Shown in pieces: positions 1-8,061 of a stretch of DNA of 64,000 nucleotides. Source of the stretch: an uncultured Candidatus Saccharibacteria bacterium (GTDB lineage Bacteria; Patescibacteriota; Minisyncoccia; Phycocordibacterales; UBA6065); contig CAZBVG010000003.1 of NCBI GenBank assembly GCA_964495425.1, positions 518 to 64,517 on the forward strand, read 5' to 3'. Within the stretch, counting starts at the first letter, position 1. The number at the start of each line of letters is the position of its first letter. A model generated the notes under the pieces. It did not search any database. It was not told the origin of the DNA and saw nothing but the letters and a program-made list of their open reading frames with translations. The position numbers and the translations under genes were made by a program.

Positions 1-2
1 TA

Positions 3-221
3 CTCCTTGAGATTATCGGAAGACCAATTTGGTGGGTCATTCTCTTTTTCTTACCATTTGTGAATGTTGTTATGGGATTTGTGCTGGCATACGAATTGGC
101 AAAAGTATTTGGAAAGGGGATCGGGTATACACTCGGCTTCATATTTCTTCCATTTATTTTCTATCCAATGCTCGCTTTTGGAGGTGCAAAATACCAAGGT
201 AATGCTTCAGCAGCAGTCTAA
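3..221 (+). CDS. 3' part of a small membrane protein (DUF5684-like), truncated by the window start
   Basis: Manual translation LLEIIGRPIWWVILFFLPFVN...LAKVFGKGIGYTLGFIFLPFIFYPMLAFGGAKYQG..* matches the DUF5684-type pattern; absent from the ORF track because it has no start codon in the window. Confidence 0.7.
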   Translation, partial: LLEIIGRPIWWVILFFLPFVNVVMGFVLAYELAKVFGKGIGYTLGFIFLPFIFYPMLAFGGAKYQGNASAAV

Positions 222-229
222 ATCTGTGG

Positions 230-257
230 TTGACAAACTCATCATTGTTGGTATAAT
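230..257 (+). promoter_or_regulatory. sigma70-type promoter (cassette A)
   Basis: TTGACA(230-235), 16 nt spacer, TG-n-TATAAT(252-257). Confidence 0.75.
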
Positions 258-291
258 GGTCGTAGTTTAGTTAGGTCAAAAGCCCCATCTC

Positions 292-432
292 ATGCACTCT
301 CCAGATCCCACGGAGAAACCCTCATTTGAGTCTCCAGGAGACTCAGGGTTCTTCCTCTTCATTGTCACCGTGTTTTTGGTGGCAGTGGTGGTTACATTCA
401 TCGGAATCACGAAATACGGATGGTTCCGTTGA
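292..432 (+). CDS. 46-aa single-TM microprotein (cassette A)
   Basis: MHSPDPTEKPSFESPGDSGFFLFIVTVFLVAVVVTFIGITKYGWFR*; lies exactly between a consensus promoter and a terminator. Confidence 0.6.
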   Translation: MHSPDPTEKPSFESPGDSGFFLFIVTVFLVAVVVTFIGITKYGWFR

Positions 433-440
433 TATCTGCG

Positions 441-467
441 ACCGGCATTCTCACGAATGCCGGTTTT
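441..467 (+). terminator. intrinsic terminator
   Basis: ACCGGCATTC-TCAC-GAATGCCGGT-TTT perfect 10-bp stem. Confidence 0.8.
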
Positions 468-495
468 CCTTTATATTTCAGAATTGTACATGATA

Positions 496-523
496 TTGAC
501 AAATTTATTCAATCTGATATAAT
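496..523 (+). promoter_or_regulatory. sigma70-type promoter (cassette B)
   Basis: TTGACA(496-501), 16 nt spacer, TG-n-TATAAT(518-523). Confidence 0.75.
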
Positions 524-536
524 TTATATTGGACTA

Positions 537-866
537 ATGAATACAGTGAACTTACCAAATGGAATAACGGTCTATTCTCATCAGAAGAGATCGTTCACGG
601 TTAGTCCGATAACGCGGTTGTGCCTTGCAGTGGCACTCTTCGTTCTCGTTGCAGCACTGTTGGTAACCCAAGGCTTAAAAGTCTTGGATAGCTCACTCAA
701 ACAACCTGAACTTTTGTTCAGTACAAACGAGGTCGTTGTGGGGATGTATGACGTCAATGGTAAGAAACACACCCCAAAAAACGACCCACTCTTTACCCAG
801 AGAGTGAATCGGATCCTCAAGGATGGTAGGTACGACAAAACGTACGTCGGACCCGATAAAAAATAA
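537..866 (+). CDS. 109-aa hypothetical single-TM protein (cassette B)
   Basis: ORF 420..866 restarted at ATG 537 downstream of the promoter; hydrophobic segment LCLAVALFVLVAALLV. Confidence 0.6.
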   Translation: MNTVNLPNGITVYSHQKRSFTVSPITRLCLAVALFVLVAALLVTQGLKVLDSSLKQPELLFSTNEVVVGMYDVNGKKHTPKNDPLFTQRVNRILKDGRYDKTYVGPDKK

Positions 867-875
867 ATGGAACCT

Positions 876-910
876 TAAGGCGCCCCTCGTGCAAACGATC
901 GGCGCCTTAT
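876..910 (+). terminator. hairpin/terminator after cassette B
   Basis: TAAGGCGCC-cc-TCGT-GCAA-ACGA-tc-GGCGCCTTA; weak U tract. Confidence 0.55.
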
Positions 911-933
911 CTGATTTTAGGGAGGTGTGTTTG

Positions 934-962
934 TTGCGAGAAAAGCCTTATTTTGCTATATT
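934..962 (+). promoter_or_regulatory. promoter for tRNA-Ile/pyk
   Basis: TTGCGA(934-939), 17 nt spacer, TG-c-TATATT(957-962). Confidence 0.55.
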
Positions 963-1040
963 GCACGAGCATCAAAACATGCAGCACGTATCAGGTGACA
1001 TGGATTTTCTCCTCTCTGTTACGCGCTAAAATCGAAATAT

Positions 1041-1113
1041 GCGCGTATAGCTCAGTTGGTAGAGCACATCACTGATACTGATGGGGTCCTAGGTTCAAAT
1101 CCTAGTACGCGCA
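1041..1113 (+). tRNA. tRNA-Ile(GAT); CCA not encoded
   Basis: Acceptor GCGCGTA/TACGCGC+A, D-arm GCTCAGTTGGTAGAGC, anticodon arm CATCA-CTGATAC-TGATG, T-arm CTAGG-TTCAAAT-CCTAG. Confidence 0.93.
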
Positions 1114-1161
1114 CAAGCGAAGTGGCCGAAAGGCTGTTTTCGTTTTAAAACTAAAAACACC

Positions 1162-2577
1162 ATGATTACCAAAAAAACCAAGATTGTTTGTACTATTGGC
1201 CCGGCTACAGAAAGCGAAGAAAAGCTTACTGCCCTTATTAAGGCGGGAATGAATGTTATGCGCCTTAACTTTTCTCACGGTGATTTCAAGGAACACCAGG
1301 GTCGCATCGATAATCTCAAGAAGGCGGTTGAGAAAACAAAGACTCCTGTGGCTGTTCTCCAGGATCTCGGTGGTCCAAAGATTCGAATTGGTATGTTCAA
1401 GACAGAATCTGTAGTGCTCAAGGAAGGTGCAAAAATTACCCTTACAACTGATAAGGTAGAAGGTGATGAGACTATTGTTTCTGTAAATTATCCTAATTTT
1501 GCAAAGGAAGTTAAGAAAGGTCATATTGTGTTTCTTCACGATGGACGAAAGAAACTTGAGGTTGTTGATGTGAAGGGAAATAATGTGGTGTGTAAGGTTT
1601 TGATTGGTGGTGAAATCAAAGGAAAGCGAGGCGTGAACCTTCCAGATTCAGACCTCTCTATTTCTTCTCTAACTGATAAAGATCGAACTGATCTTGAATT
1701 TGGTATTAAAAACAAAGTAGATTTTATTGCGCTTTCATTCGTGCGACGACCTTCAGATATTGTTGAACTTCGTACAATTCTTACTGCAAAGAAATCTAAG
1801 GCTAAGATTATTGCAAAGATTGAGACACCACAGTCACTTTCATGCATCGATCAGATTCTTGATCTTGTTGATGGTGTTATGGTTGCTCGAGGTGATCTCG
1901 CAATTGAGATTCCTGCTGAGAAGGTTCCTGCAGCTCAGAAAATGCTTATCCGAAAGTGTAATGAAAAGGGAATTCCAGTTATTACAGCTACACAGATGCT
2001 CGAGTCTATGATTAAGGCTCCAGTTCCAACACGAGCAGAGGTTTCTGATATTGCAAACGCAATTCTCGATGGTACAGACGCCGTGATGCTTTCAGAAGAG
2101 ACGACACTTGGTGATTTCCCAGTACATGCTGTAGAAGTTATGACCAAAGTTGCGGCTCAGGTTGAAGGAACACTCCAAAAGAAGCAGCTTCTTGATATAA
2201 CACCAAATACTATTTTGACGTCTCCGGAATCCGTAGCGCTTTCAGCAGTAAAGAATGCGGATCGAGTTGGTGCGAAGTATCTTGTGTCATTTACTTCAAG
2301 TGGTATGAGCTCACGACTTATTTCTCGACATAAGCCAACTCAGCCGATTGTCGTATTTACTCCACATGAAGTGACCTATCGACAGGCAGTTCTTTCTTGG
2401 GGAACATATCCTGTAATGATTGAAAAGACTGAAGACTTTAATAAGGTTACTCAGCTTGTTCGGGATTATTTCCTTAAGGCAAAACTCGCAAAGAAAGGAG
2501 ACAAGATCGTTATGGCGTCTGCTCTACCATTTGGTAAGAATACAGGCACGAATATGTTGGTTGTAGAGACTCTCTAA
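1162..2577 (+). CDS. pyk: pyruvate kinase
   Basis: TKIVCTIGPA, RLNFSHG, AKIET, MVARGDL, ATQMLESM, PTRAEVSD motifs. Confidence 0.98.
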   Translation: MITKKTKIVCTIGPATESEEKLTALIKAGMNVMRLNFSHGDFKEHQGRIDNLKKAVEKTKTPVAVLQDLGGPKIRIGMFKTESVVLKEGAKITLTTDKVEGDETIVSVNYPNFAKEVKKGHIVFLHDGRKKLEVVDVKGNNVVCKVLIGGEIKGKRGVNLPDSDLSISSLTDKDRTDLEFGIKNKVDFIALSFVRRPSDIVELRTILTAKKSKAKIIAKIETPQSLSCIDQILDLVDGVMVARGDLAIEIPAEKVPAAQKMLIRKCNEKGIPVITATQMLESMIKAPVPTRAEVSDIANAILDGTDAVMLSEETTLGDFPVHAVEVMTKVAAQVEGTLQKKQLLDITPNTILTSPESVALSAVKNADRVGAKYLVSFTSSGMSSRLISRHKPTQPIVVFTPHEVTYRQAVLSWGTYPVMIEKTEDFNKVTQLVRDYFLKAKLAKKGDKIVMASALPFGKNTGTNMLVVETL

Positions 2578-2604
2578 AAACACGGTCTTTAACAAGACTT
2601 AAAG

Positions 2605-2638
2605 ACAAAACCACCGCTCAACAGGGCGGTGGTTTTGT
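2605..2638 (+). terminator. intrinsic terminator of pyk
   Basis: ACAAAACCACCGCTC-AACA-GGGCGGTGGTTTTGT. Confidence 0.8.
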
Positions 2639-2639
2639 A

Positions 2640-2668
2640 TTGACTTATATGCATATTTATGATACAAT
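2640..2668 (+). promoter_or_regulatory. sigma70-type promoter (cassette C)
   Basis: TTGACT(2640-2645), 17 nt spacer, TG-a-TACAAT(2663-2668); AAGGA upstream of ATG 2754. Confidence 0.7.
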
Positions 2669-2753
2669 TAAACTTGGAAACTTATATTCTCGCTCTTTTC
2701 ATAAAGCCATTACTGGCTTTGCAGTTTCCAGCAAAAAGAAAGGACAGTAGGTT

Positions 2754-3932
2754 ATGAACCTTGGTACTCACAAAGGCCCTCACGGTGATGAATTCTGCGC
2801 GTTTGCATTGCTTATGCGCTACAATCCGAATTATCGGAGTGCGAAAATCTTCACCTACGGTTCGAAGGAAGAAGCGTTGGCTTCAGCGAAACGTGACAAG
2901 GTCACGCTCATCGGAATCGGCGAAGGCGCACTCGATGAACACGGTAAGGAAGGACAGGAGTGCGCGGCATCACTGGCCGCACGTCAGCTTCGTTTGGAGG
3001 ATGATCTCAAGTTTTTCCGGCTGCTCGAGGAAGTTCGGTCGTGTGATCTGGCAGCGAAAGCTCGTCGGACGCACATCCCGGAACTTCTGAAAATCCTTTA
3101 CGAACACCATCCGGAAGCGGATGTGATCGCGTGGGGTTTGCGCGCTTATTCAACACTGGTTGAGGCGTGCGAAACGGGAAATCTGAACCCTCAGGTGACC
3201 GACGTGCTCGAAGAAATCTCGGTTGAACTCGCCGGCAAGTATGCTGGCACCAATCAGAGTGAGTCGATGCGCCGGTCCTGGATGGATTGTCAGGCGGCTG
3301 TAAGCAACAGCCGGGGATCACTCACTGAACTTCGCACTGTCGCCGATCTCATTTCACTTACGTCGCGAGACGAAGCTGTGAAATGGGCACGGATGGGCAT
3401 CGAAGCCTTGTTTCATCGCCAGCTCGATTTCGAGCGTGCGGTGGAAGAGGTCAAGAAAGGTTATCGGTTCGTTGTTCCGTGGTCTCAGATGGAACGTGGT
3501 ATGGTCATTCGGGGTCAGTATCACGGCGTCGCAATTTACAGCGACAATTCTCAATCGATCCGAGCTTTCCGTTCGAACCGCGTCGGGAATTTCGATCTGC
3601 TCATCGTGAGGAATAAGGACGGTCACGTCCAAGTCTTCTCGAATGCAAAGTCGAGGATTCCGATGGTCTCTTGCGTGAAGGCGCTTCGGCATGCTGAAGC
3701 ACTTAAGCGCGGGATACGCTTGAACATCAATGAGCTCGGGCAAGAAGGTGATTGCCCAGCGGTTCCCCAATGGTTTTACTTCGCCAAAGGGGGCATGGTC
3801 ATGAACGGCTCAAAAAGCCATCCGGGCATCGAGATCACCAAGCTCAGTGATCGCGAACTGGTCAAGGTAGTGCAAGATGCGTTTCAGCAGGTACAATCGA
3901 ATTCTTCGTTTCGAAACCCAGTGCTGAAATAA
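2754..3932 (+). CDS. hypothetical protein with an N-terminus resembling MYG1/DHH-type metal-dependent hydrolases (cassette C)
   Basis: GTHKGPHGDE and GIGEGALDEH...CAASL resemble MYG1 THxxxFHADE and DVGGxxFDHH...SSAGL; GC-richer than flanks. Confidence 0.55.
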   Translation: MNLGTHKGPHGDEFCAFALLMRYNPNYRSAKIFTYGSKEEALASAKRDKVTLIGIGEGALDEHGKEGQECAASLAARQLRLEDDLKFFRLLEEVRSCDLAAKARRTHIPELLKILYEHHPEADVIAWGLRAYSTLVEACETGNLNPQVTDVLEEISVELAGKYAGTNQSESMRRSWMDCQAAVSNSRGSLTELRTVADLISLTSRDEAVKWARMGIEALFHRQLDFERAVEEVKKGYRFVVPWSQMERGMVIRGQYHGVAIYSDNSQSIRAFRSNRVGNFDLLIVRNKDGHVQVFSNAKSRIPMVSCVKALRHAEALKRGIRLNINELGQEGDCPAVPQWFYFAKGGMVMNGSKSHPGIEITKLSDRELVKVVQDAFQQVQSNSSFRNPVLK

Positions 3933-3956
3933 CAGGTAAAGCTATAGCTTTATCAC

Positions 3957-3990
3957 AAAGAGGGTTGCAGAAATGCACCCTCTTTTTTAT
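3957..3990. terminator. bidirectional terminator
   Basis: AAAGAGGGTTGCA-GAAA-TGCACCCTCTTTTTT between convergent genes; preceded by the perfect palindrome TAAAGCTATAGCTTTA (3937-3952). Confidence 0.75.
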
Positions 3991-4862
3991 TTTCCAGTAA
4001 TAATACACACCACAGCCCCATCAATTTTCACTCCCTTTTTAAGGGCTTTGATCAGACCTGCTAACCCAAGTACACCGTTTGCTGATGCATCAATGTGTGC
4101 TTTTTCCTTAAGTAGGGTAATAGCTTCTTTAATTTCTGCATTCGAGACAATCCAGCCGGCACCTCCGATTTTTTCCAGTGCCACTTTGAGATGATCGCTG
4201 CGGTACCCAATTTTATCGACGATAGCATCAGCCAAAGATTTTTCTTTCAGAACTTCTCCTTCACCATATCCTTTAACTAGGGTTGCGTTTTCTGTTGTCT
4301 GTACAATATGCACGCTTGTTTTTTTGTTTTTAGTGACAAAATACTCCGCGATCGCTTGCGCAGCGGTTCCGGTTGATGCTCCAATAAACACCGCTGAAAG
4401 ATCAGGTGTCTCACTGATTTCTTCAGCGAGAGCTTCGTATCCCAAGAGAGCATCTGGGTCGTTTGACTGACGCAAGCTCACAGCCTGTTCTTTTTTGATG
4501 AGTTCAAAGAGTGCCTGAAGAGGGCGTTTTGATTCCTGGAGTGTTATTTTTTCATCACTGATTTCTTTCTCAAGAATCTGCTTTTTTTCGGGATTGATAT
4601 GTTCGCCGGTAAAAACGGTAAGATAAAAATTACCACCGTTTGTATTGAGTTTTTGTATGTGTCGAATCGCCGCAAGAGCCGCGTTGCCCGAAGATGAGAT
4701 GGCGAAACGTGTTGCGCCTTCACGAATATTCATATCGATCATAACAGGAATCGACCGGCCTTTATGTGAACCGTATGGATGGAGATCCTCACGCTTAAAA
4801 TAAAGCTTTGGGATGTTTAAAGCTTTGGCGAGTTCCGGTGCCTCTATCTGAGGTGTAATCAT
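3987..4862 (-). CDS. PLP-dependent fold-type II enzyme (threonine synthase/cysteine synthase-like)
   Basis: YFKREDLHPYGSHKGR (PLP lysine), SSSGNAALA, GASTGT, terminal VVCIITG. Confidence 0.85.
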   Translation of the reverse strand: MITPQIEAPELAKALNIPKLYFKREDLHPYGSHKGRSIPVMIDMNIREGATRFAISSSGNAALAAIRHIQKLNTNGGNFYLTVFTGEHINPEKKQILEKEISDEKITLQESKRPLQALFELIKKEQAVSLRQSNDPDALLGYEALAEEISETPDLSAVFIGASTGTAAQAIAEYFVTKNKKTSVHIVQTTENATLVKGYGEGEVLKEKSLADAIVDKIGYRSDHLKVALEKIGGAGWIVSNAEIKEAITLLKEKAHIDASANGVLGLAGLIKALKKGVKIDGAVVCIITGK

Positions 4863-4953
4863 GGATCCAGTATGTCCAAAGCAAACATTTTAGGCAAGTT
4901 TGTAGCCGTATTGCTTGATACTTCGTGCCCGTTGGACTATACTTATTTCCACT

Positions 4954-5118
4954 ATGAAATGCGTTTGCCCAGAATGTAAAAACACTATAGACGTCTCAAA
5001 ACATCCAAAGATCACCGTGGGTTATGTCATTGAATGTGAGACTTGCGGCATTATGCTTGAGGTGAGAAAGATTGAGAATAACGTTGTGGAAACTGAGATA
5101 GTGGATGAAGGAAAATAA
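4954..5118 (+). CDS. 54-aa LysW-like zinc-ribbon protein (putative amino-group carrier)
   Basis: CPECK...GYVIECETCGIMLEV pattern and LysW-like length, but ends VDEGK rather than EDWGE. Confidence 0.7.
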   Translation: MKCVCPECKNTIDVSKHPKITVGYVIECETCGIMLEVRKIENNVVETEIVDEGK

Positions 5119-5145
5119 AAAACGGGCACGGCCCGTTTTTTATTT
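5113..5145. terminator. bidirectional terminator
   Basis: AAATAAAAAACGGGC-ACG-GCCCGTTTTTTATTT. Confidence 0.8.
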
Positions 5146-6549
5146 CATTGCTAACTTTTTGACTGTTTCTTCAATCATCCCTCTGAAACCATGTGATCCA
5201 AGAAAGGCAATGACGTCACCTTCACTTCGTGCTTGAGTCAAGAATTCAATAACCTCTTCATCATTATCGAGATAGTGAACTTCTTTATGACTTTCTTCGA
5301 TTATTTCTGCGAGCTCATCACCATCAAATGTTTTCTCGGGGTTGGATGCATCGACTTTAAGTTTTGAGAGGCGGGGAATGACCACGGTATCCGCATCTTT
5401 AAAGGCGTTTTTATACTCTGGTTTTGACTGAGGAGTACGATTACCAATATTTGGTTCATACACAGCAATTATCATTCCTGAATAAATTGATCGAAGAGTA
5501 GCAAGAACAGATTTGGCCTTTTCAGGAGAGTGGGCGATATCATCAATAACCGTTACTTTATTTTCATATCGTTTTTCAAGGCGTCGTTTCATGCCGTGGA
5601 ATGTTTTAATGGCATCGGTTATATCGCCTGGAGCGATGCCGCATTCTTTTGCCATAGCAAAACAGCCGGTAATATTTTCTGCATTGTAGCCACCGAGAAG
5701 AGGGCTTTCAATATGGTAGGTCTTGCCGTGGTATGAGATTTCAAATTCAATGCCTTCTGTTGAAGATTTCAGATTTTCATATTTATACTCAGCATCTTCA
5801 GATTTTCCATAGCTCACAAATTCCTTTTTTGATGCAGCAAGGAGTGACGGAAGTGTCTCTGTATCTATACATGCAACAATTTTTCCATCACGAGGAATCA
5901 TGCTGATGAGTTCCTTGAATGCTTCAAAATAGGATTTTTCCGTTGGATATAAATCCGCGTGATCCCATTTTATTGCCGTAAGCATAAGATTGGTCGGTTT
6001 GTAGTGGAAGAATTTTGCGCGTTTATCCCATTTTGCTGTTGAGTACTCATCACCCTCAATAATTGACCACTCGCCGGAATCAACTGCGGCTGAAGGTGCG
6101 CCATCTTGGGTAAGGCCTCCAATCATATAAGAAGGTTTGAGGTGTGCGTGTTTGAATATGTGAGTAAGTAGTGCGGACGATGTTGTTTTGCCATATGTTC
6201 CGGATACAACCACAGAATGAGGTTTGATAAGGTAAAGACCCGCCGCTTCAGGGTACGACATAAATCTTATGTTGTGCTCTTGAACATACAAAAATTCCGG
6301 ATTTGTTGAGCCAACCGCATTTCCCACAACGACAAAATCAGGCGCACCACCTTCAATCATTTTTTCTGGATGCCAGCCAGAGTAATAGGGGATGCCGAGG
6401 TTTGTGAGATGCGTGGAAACAGGAGGGAAGAAGCCAGCGTCTGATCCGGATACCTTAAAACCCTTTTGCCAAAGAGCGGTTGCTACGGCAGACATAGCAA
6501 CACCGCAGATACCGATAAAATGGACTTTCTGGAGCTTCGTTTTTGGCAT
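5140..6549 (-). CDS. mpl: Mur ligase, Mpl/MurC-type
   Basis: HFIGICGVAM, GSDAGFFPPVS, SGTYGKTT, IEGDEY, DHAD, DDIAHSP. Confidence 0.8.
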   Translation of the reverse strand: MPKTKLQKVHFIGICGVAMSAVATALWQKGFKVSGSDAGFFPPVSTHLTNLGIPYYSGWHPEKMIEGGAPDFVVVGNAVGSTNPEFLYVQEHNIRFMSYPEAAGLYLIKPHSVVVSGTYGKTTSSALLTHIFKHAHLKPSYMIGGLTQDGAPSAAVDSGEWSIIEGDEYSTAKWDKRAKFFHYKPTNLMLTAIKWDHADLYPTEKSYFEAFKELISMIPRDGKIVACIDTETLPSLLAASKKEFVSYGKSEDAEYKYENLKSSTEGIEFEISYHGKTYHIESPLLGGYNAENITGCFAMAKECGIAPGDITDAIKTFHGMKRRLEKRYENKVTVIDDIAHSPEKAKSVLATLRSIYSGMIIAVYEPNIGNRTPQSKPEYKNAFKDADTVVIPRLSKLKVDASNPEKTFDGDELAEIIEESHKEVHYLDNDEEVIEFLTQARSEGDVIAFLGSHGFRGMIEETVKKLAMK

Positions 6550-6588
6550 ATAGGCTTCTAGAATACCAATAAAGGCCTTATTTGGCCA

Positions 6589-7023
6589 TTATTCGTGATG
6601 ATATTTCTCGTTTTTAAGGATGGTGAATGCTCGATAGAGTTGCTCGAGGAAAATGACACGGACGAGATCGTGGGGAAATGTCATTTTTGAAAGTGCGATT
6701 GATGCGCCCGAGCGGCTCTGCGCGAGGGCGCGGACATCCTCGCTAAAACCAAACGGACCTCCAACAACGAATGCGATGTTTTTTACTCCCGCATTCATTT
6801 GTTTTTCTATCAATCCAGAAAATTCCACGGAGTTGTATTCCTTACCTTTCTCATCAAGGAGAAATATTCGGTCTTGTTTTTCTAAGGTTTTACTAAGTTT
6901 CTCGTCACTTGTATCAACAATTTCAAAGTGCGTGTAACGTGAAATACGTTTTGCATACTCTTGCACAGAATCCTGAAGTTCTCTGGTCTGTGTTTTGCCG
7001 ACGGTTACGAGTGATATCTTCAT
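6589..7023 (-). CDS. rlmH: 23S rRNA m3Psi1915 methyltransferase RlmH
   Basis: LLDEKGK, FVVGGPFG, LSKMTFPH..R.IFLEQLYRAFTIL..EKYH. Confidence 0.95.
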   Translation of the reverse strand: MKISLVTVGKTQTRELQDSVQEYAKRISRYTHFEIVDTSDEKLSKTLEKQDRIFLLDEKGKEYNSVEFSGLIEKQMNAGVKNIAFVVGGPFGFSEDVRALAQSRSGASIALSKMTFPHDLVRVIFLEQLYRAFTILKNEKYHHE

Positions 7024-7114
7024 AGAATCAATCTAAGCTAATACGAGGATAATGCAAGTTGTGCACTTTACATGAGTTGAACTGGGTGTATTCTCATGAA
7101 AGGACCCTGTATAC

Positions 7115-7396
7115 ATGAATTCTCATATACTCCATGACAGCGCTCGTCTCAAAGAAGTACTTTTTTGGGCCGTATCGATTGTGATTGAACTTTTATGCAT
7201 TTGGGGGATCGTTTATTCAGGCAGTATTGCAACAGTGCTCATGCTCATAACTGTTGCCGGTCTCTCGGTGGGCGATACCGAAGTTTTTGCCCTTTTTCCT
7301 ATCGAGCACCTTCTGGTGATGCTCGGTTGTCTCTGGGTGTTGTTTATAGTTTTTGAGCACCAGTTGAGCCATTATAAAAAGTGGCGCAATCACTAA
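7115..7396 (+). CDS. 93-aa membrane protein (cassette D)
   Basis: 2-3 hydrophobic segments; upstream TTTACA(7067)-16-TATTCT(7089) and AAGGA; downstream hairpin AAACCCC-GTT-GGGGTTT. Confidence 0.55.
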   Translation: MNSHILHDSARLKEVLFWAVSIVIELLCIWGIVYSGSIATVLMLITVAGLSVGDTEVFALFPIEHLLVMLGCLWVLFIVFEHQLSHYKKWRNH

Positions 7397-7414
7397 ACCC
7401 CGTTGGGGTTTTTT
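7395..7414. terminator. short bidirectional terminator
   Basis: AAACCCC-GTT-GGGGTTTTTT between convergent genes. Confidence 0.55.
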
Positions 7415-8057
7415 ATTTGAGAATATCTTTAAGTGGCGCGGTATCAAATTGCCACGCGGTACCGTCGAACCATTCACCTCCAAGAAATTGTAGTTTGTAT
7501 GTATCGGTTGGTCGTTGTAGTGAGCCGAGGTACATATATTCCTTGCCTGAAGCTTTCGCCCATTCGATCGCCATAGTCATCATGCCTAATCCTCGTGACG
7601 CCTCTTCAATATAAAAAGGATAGCTATAGTGAAAGATGTTTCGTGACTCGTACGAGATTACATATCCAACTGGTTTGTTTGTCTTCGTATCGGTAAAGAC
7701 CAGGATTTTATTAAAATTGCTTTTCTTTTCTTCCGTAAGAATTTCTTTAATTTTATTTGCCGTGAAAACATTGTCTCCAAACTTCTCGTAGAAATCTTTG
7801 GCGAGTTTACCAATCTCCCATGAATACTGTGCATAAGGGATTGATTCTATCGACATTGTGAGGTTTTCGATTTTGCGTAGGATACGTCTATTTTCGCTAG
7901 AGGGAGTGTATGCTTTGAGATTAATGCGAAAAGATCGTGTCTTATTCATCACACCTTTGTCCACACGGGTAAAGACGTATCCTTTGTTGTAGAGATCTTC
8001 GACAGTGTCTTGCGAGAAATCCGCTATTACTTTTGTGTCCCAATTAAGATATGTCAT
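7413..8057 (-). CDS. ATE1/Bpt-like aminoacyl-tRNA-dependent transferase (GNAT-like)
   Basis: SFRINL..YTPSSENRRIL, YSYPFY, RGLG, IEWAK..GKEYMYLG, YKLQF..GEW match the arginyl/leucyl-tRNA-protein transferase pattern; start moved to ATG 8057, 4 nt after the mraY stop. Confidence 0.75.
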   Translation of the reverse strand: MTYLNWDTKVIADFSQDTVEDLYNKGYVFTRVDKGVMNKTRSFRINLKAYTPSSENRRILRKIENLTMSIESIPYAQYSWEIGKLAKDFYEKFGDNVFTANKIKEILTEEKKSNFNKILVFTDTKTNKPVGYVISYESRNIFHYSYPFYIEEASRGLGMMTMAIEWAKASGKEYMYLGSLQRPTDTYKLQFLGGEWFDGTAWQFDTAPLKDILK

Positions 8058-8061
8058 ACGA

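Noticed and set aside
420-536. N-terminal extension of ORF 420..866
   Set aside because: It runs through a terminator and a consensus promoter; ATG 537 is the more plausible start.
1020-1113. TACGCGC at 1020-1026 duplicating the tRNA 3' end, as a possible att site
   Set aside because: Only 7 bp, no integrase, and no longer duplicate of the tRNA end noticed.
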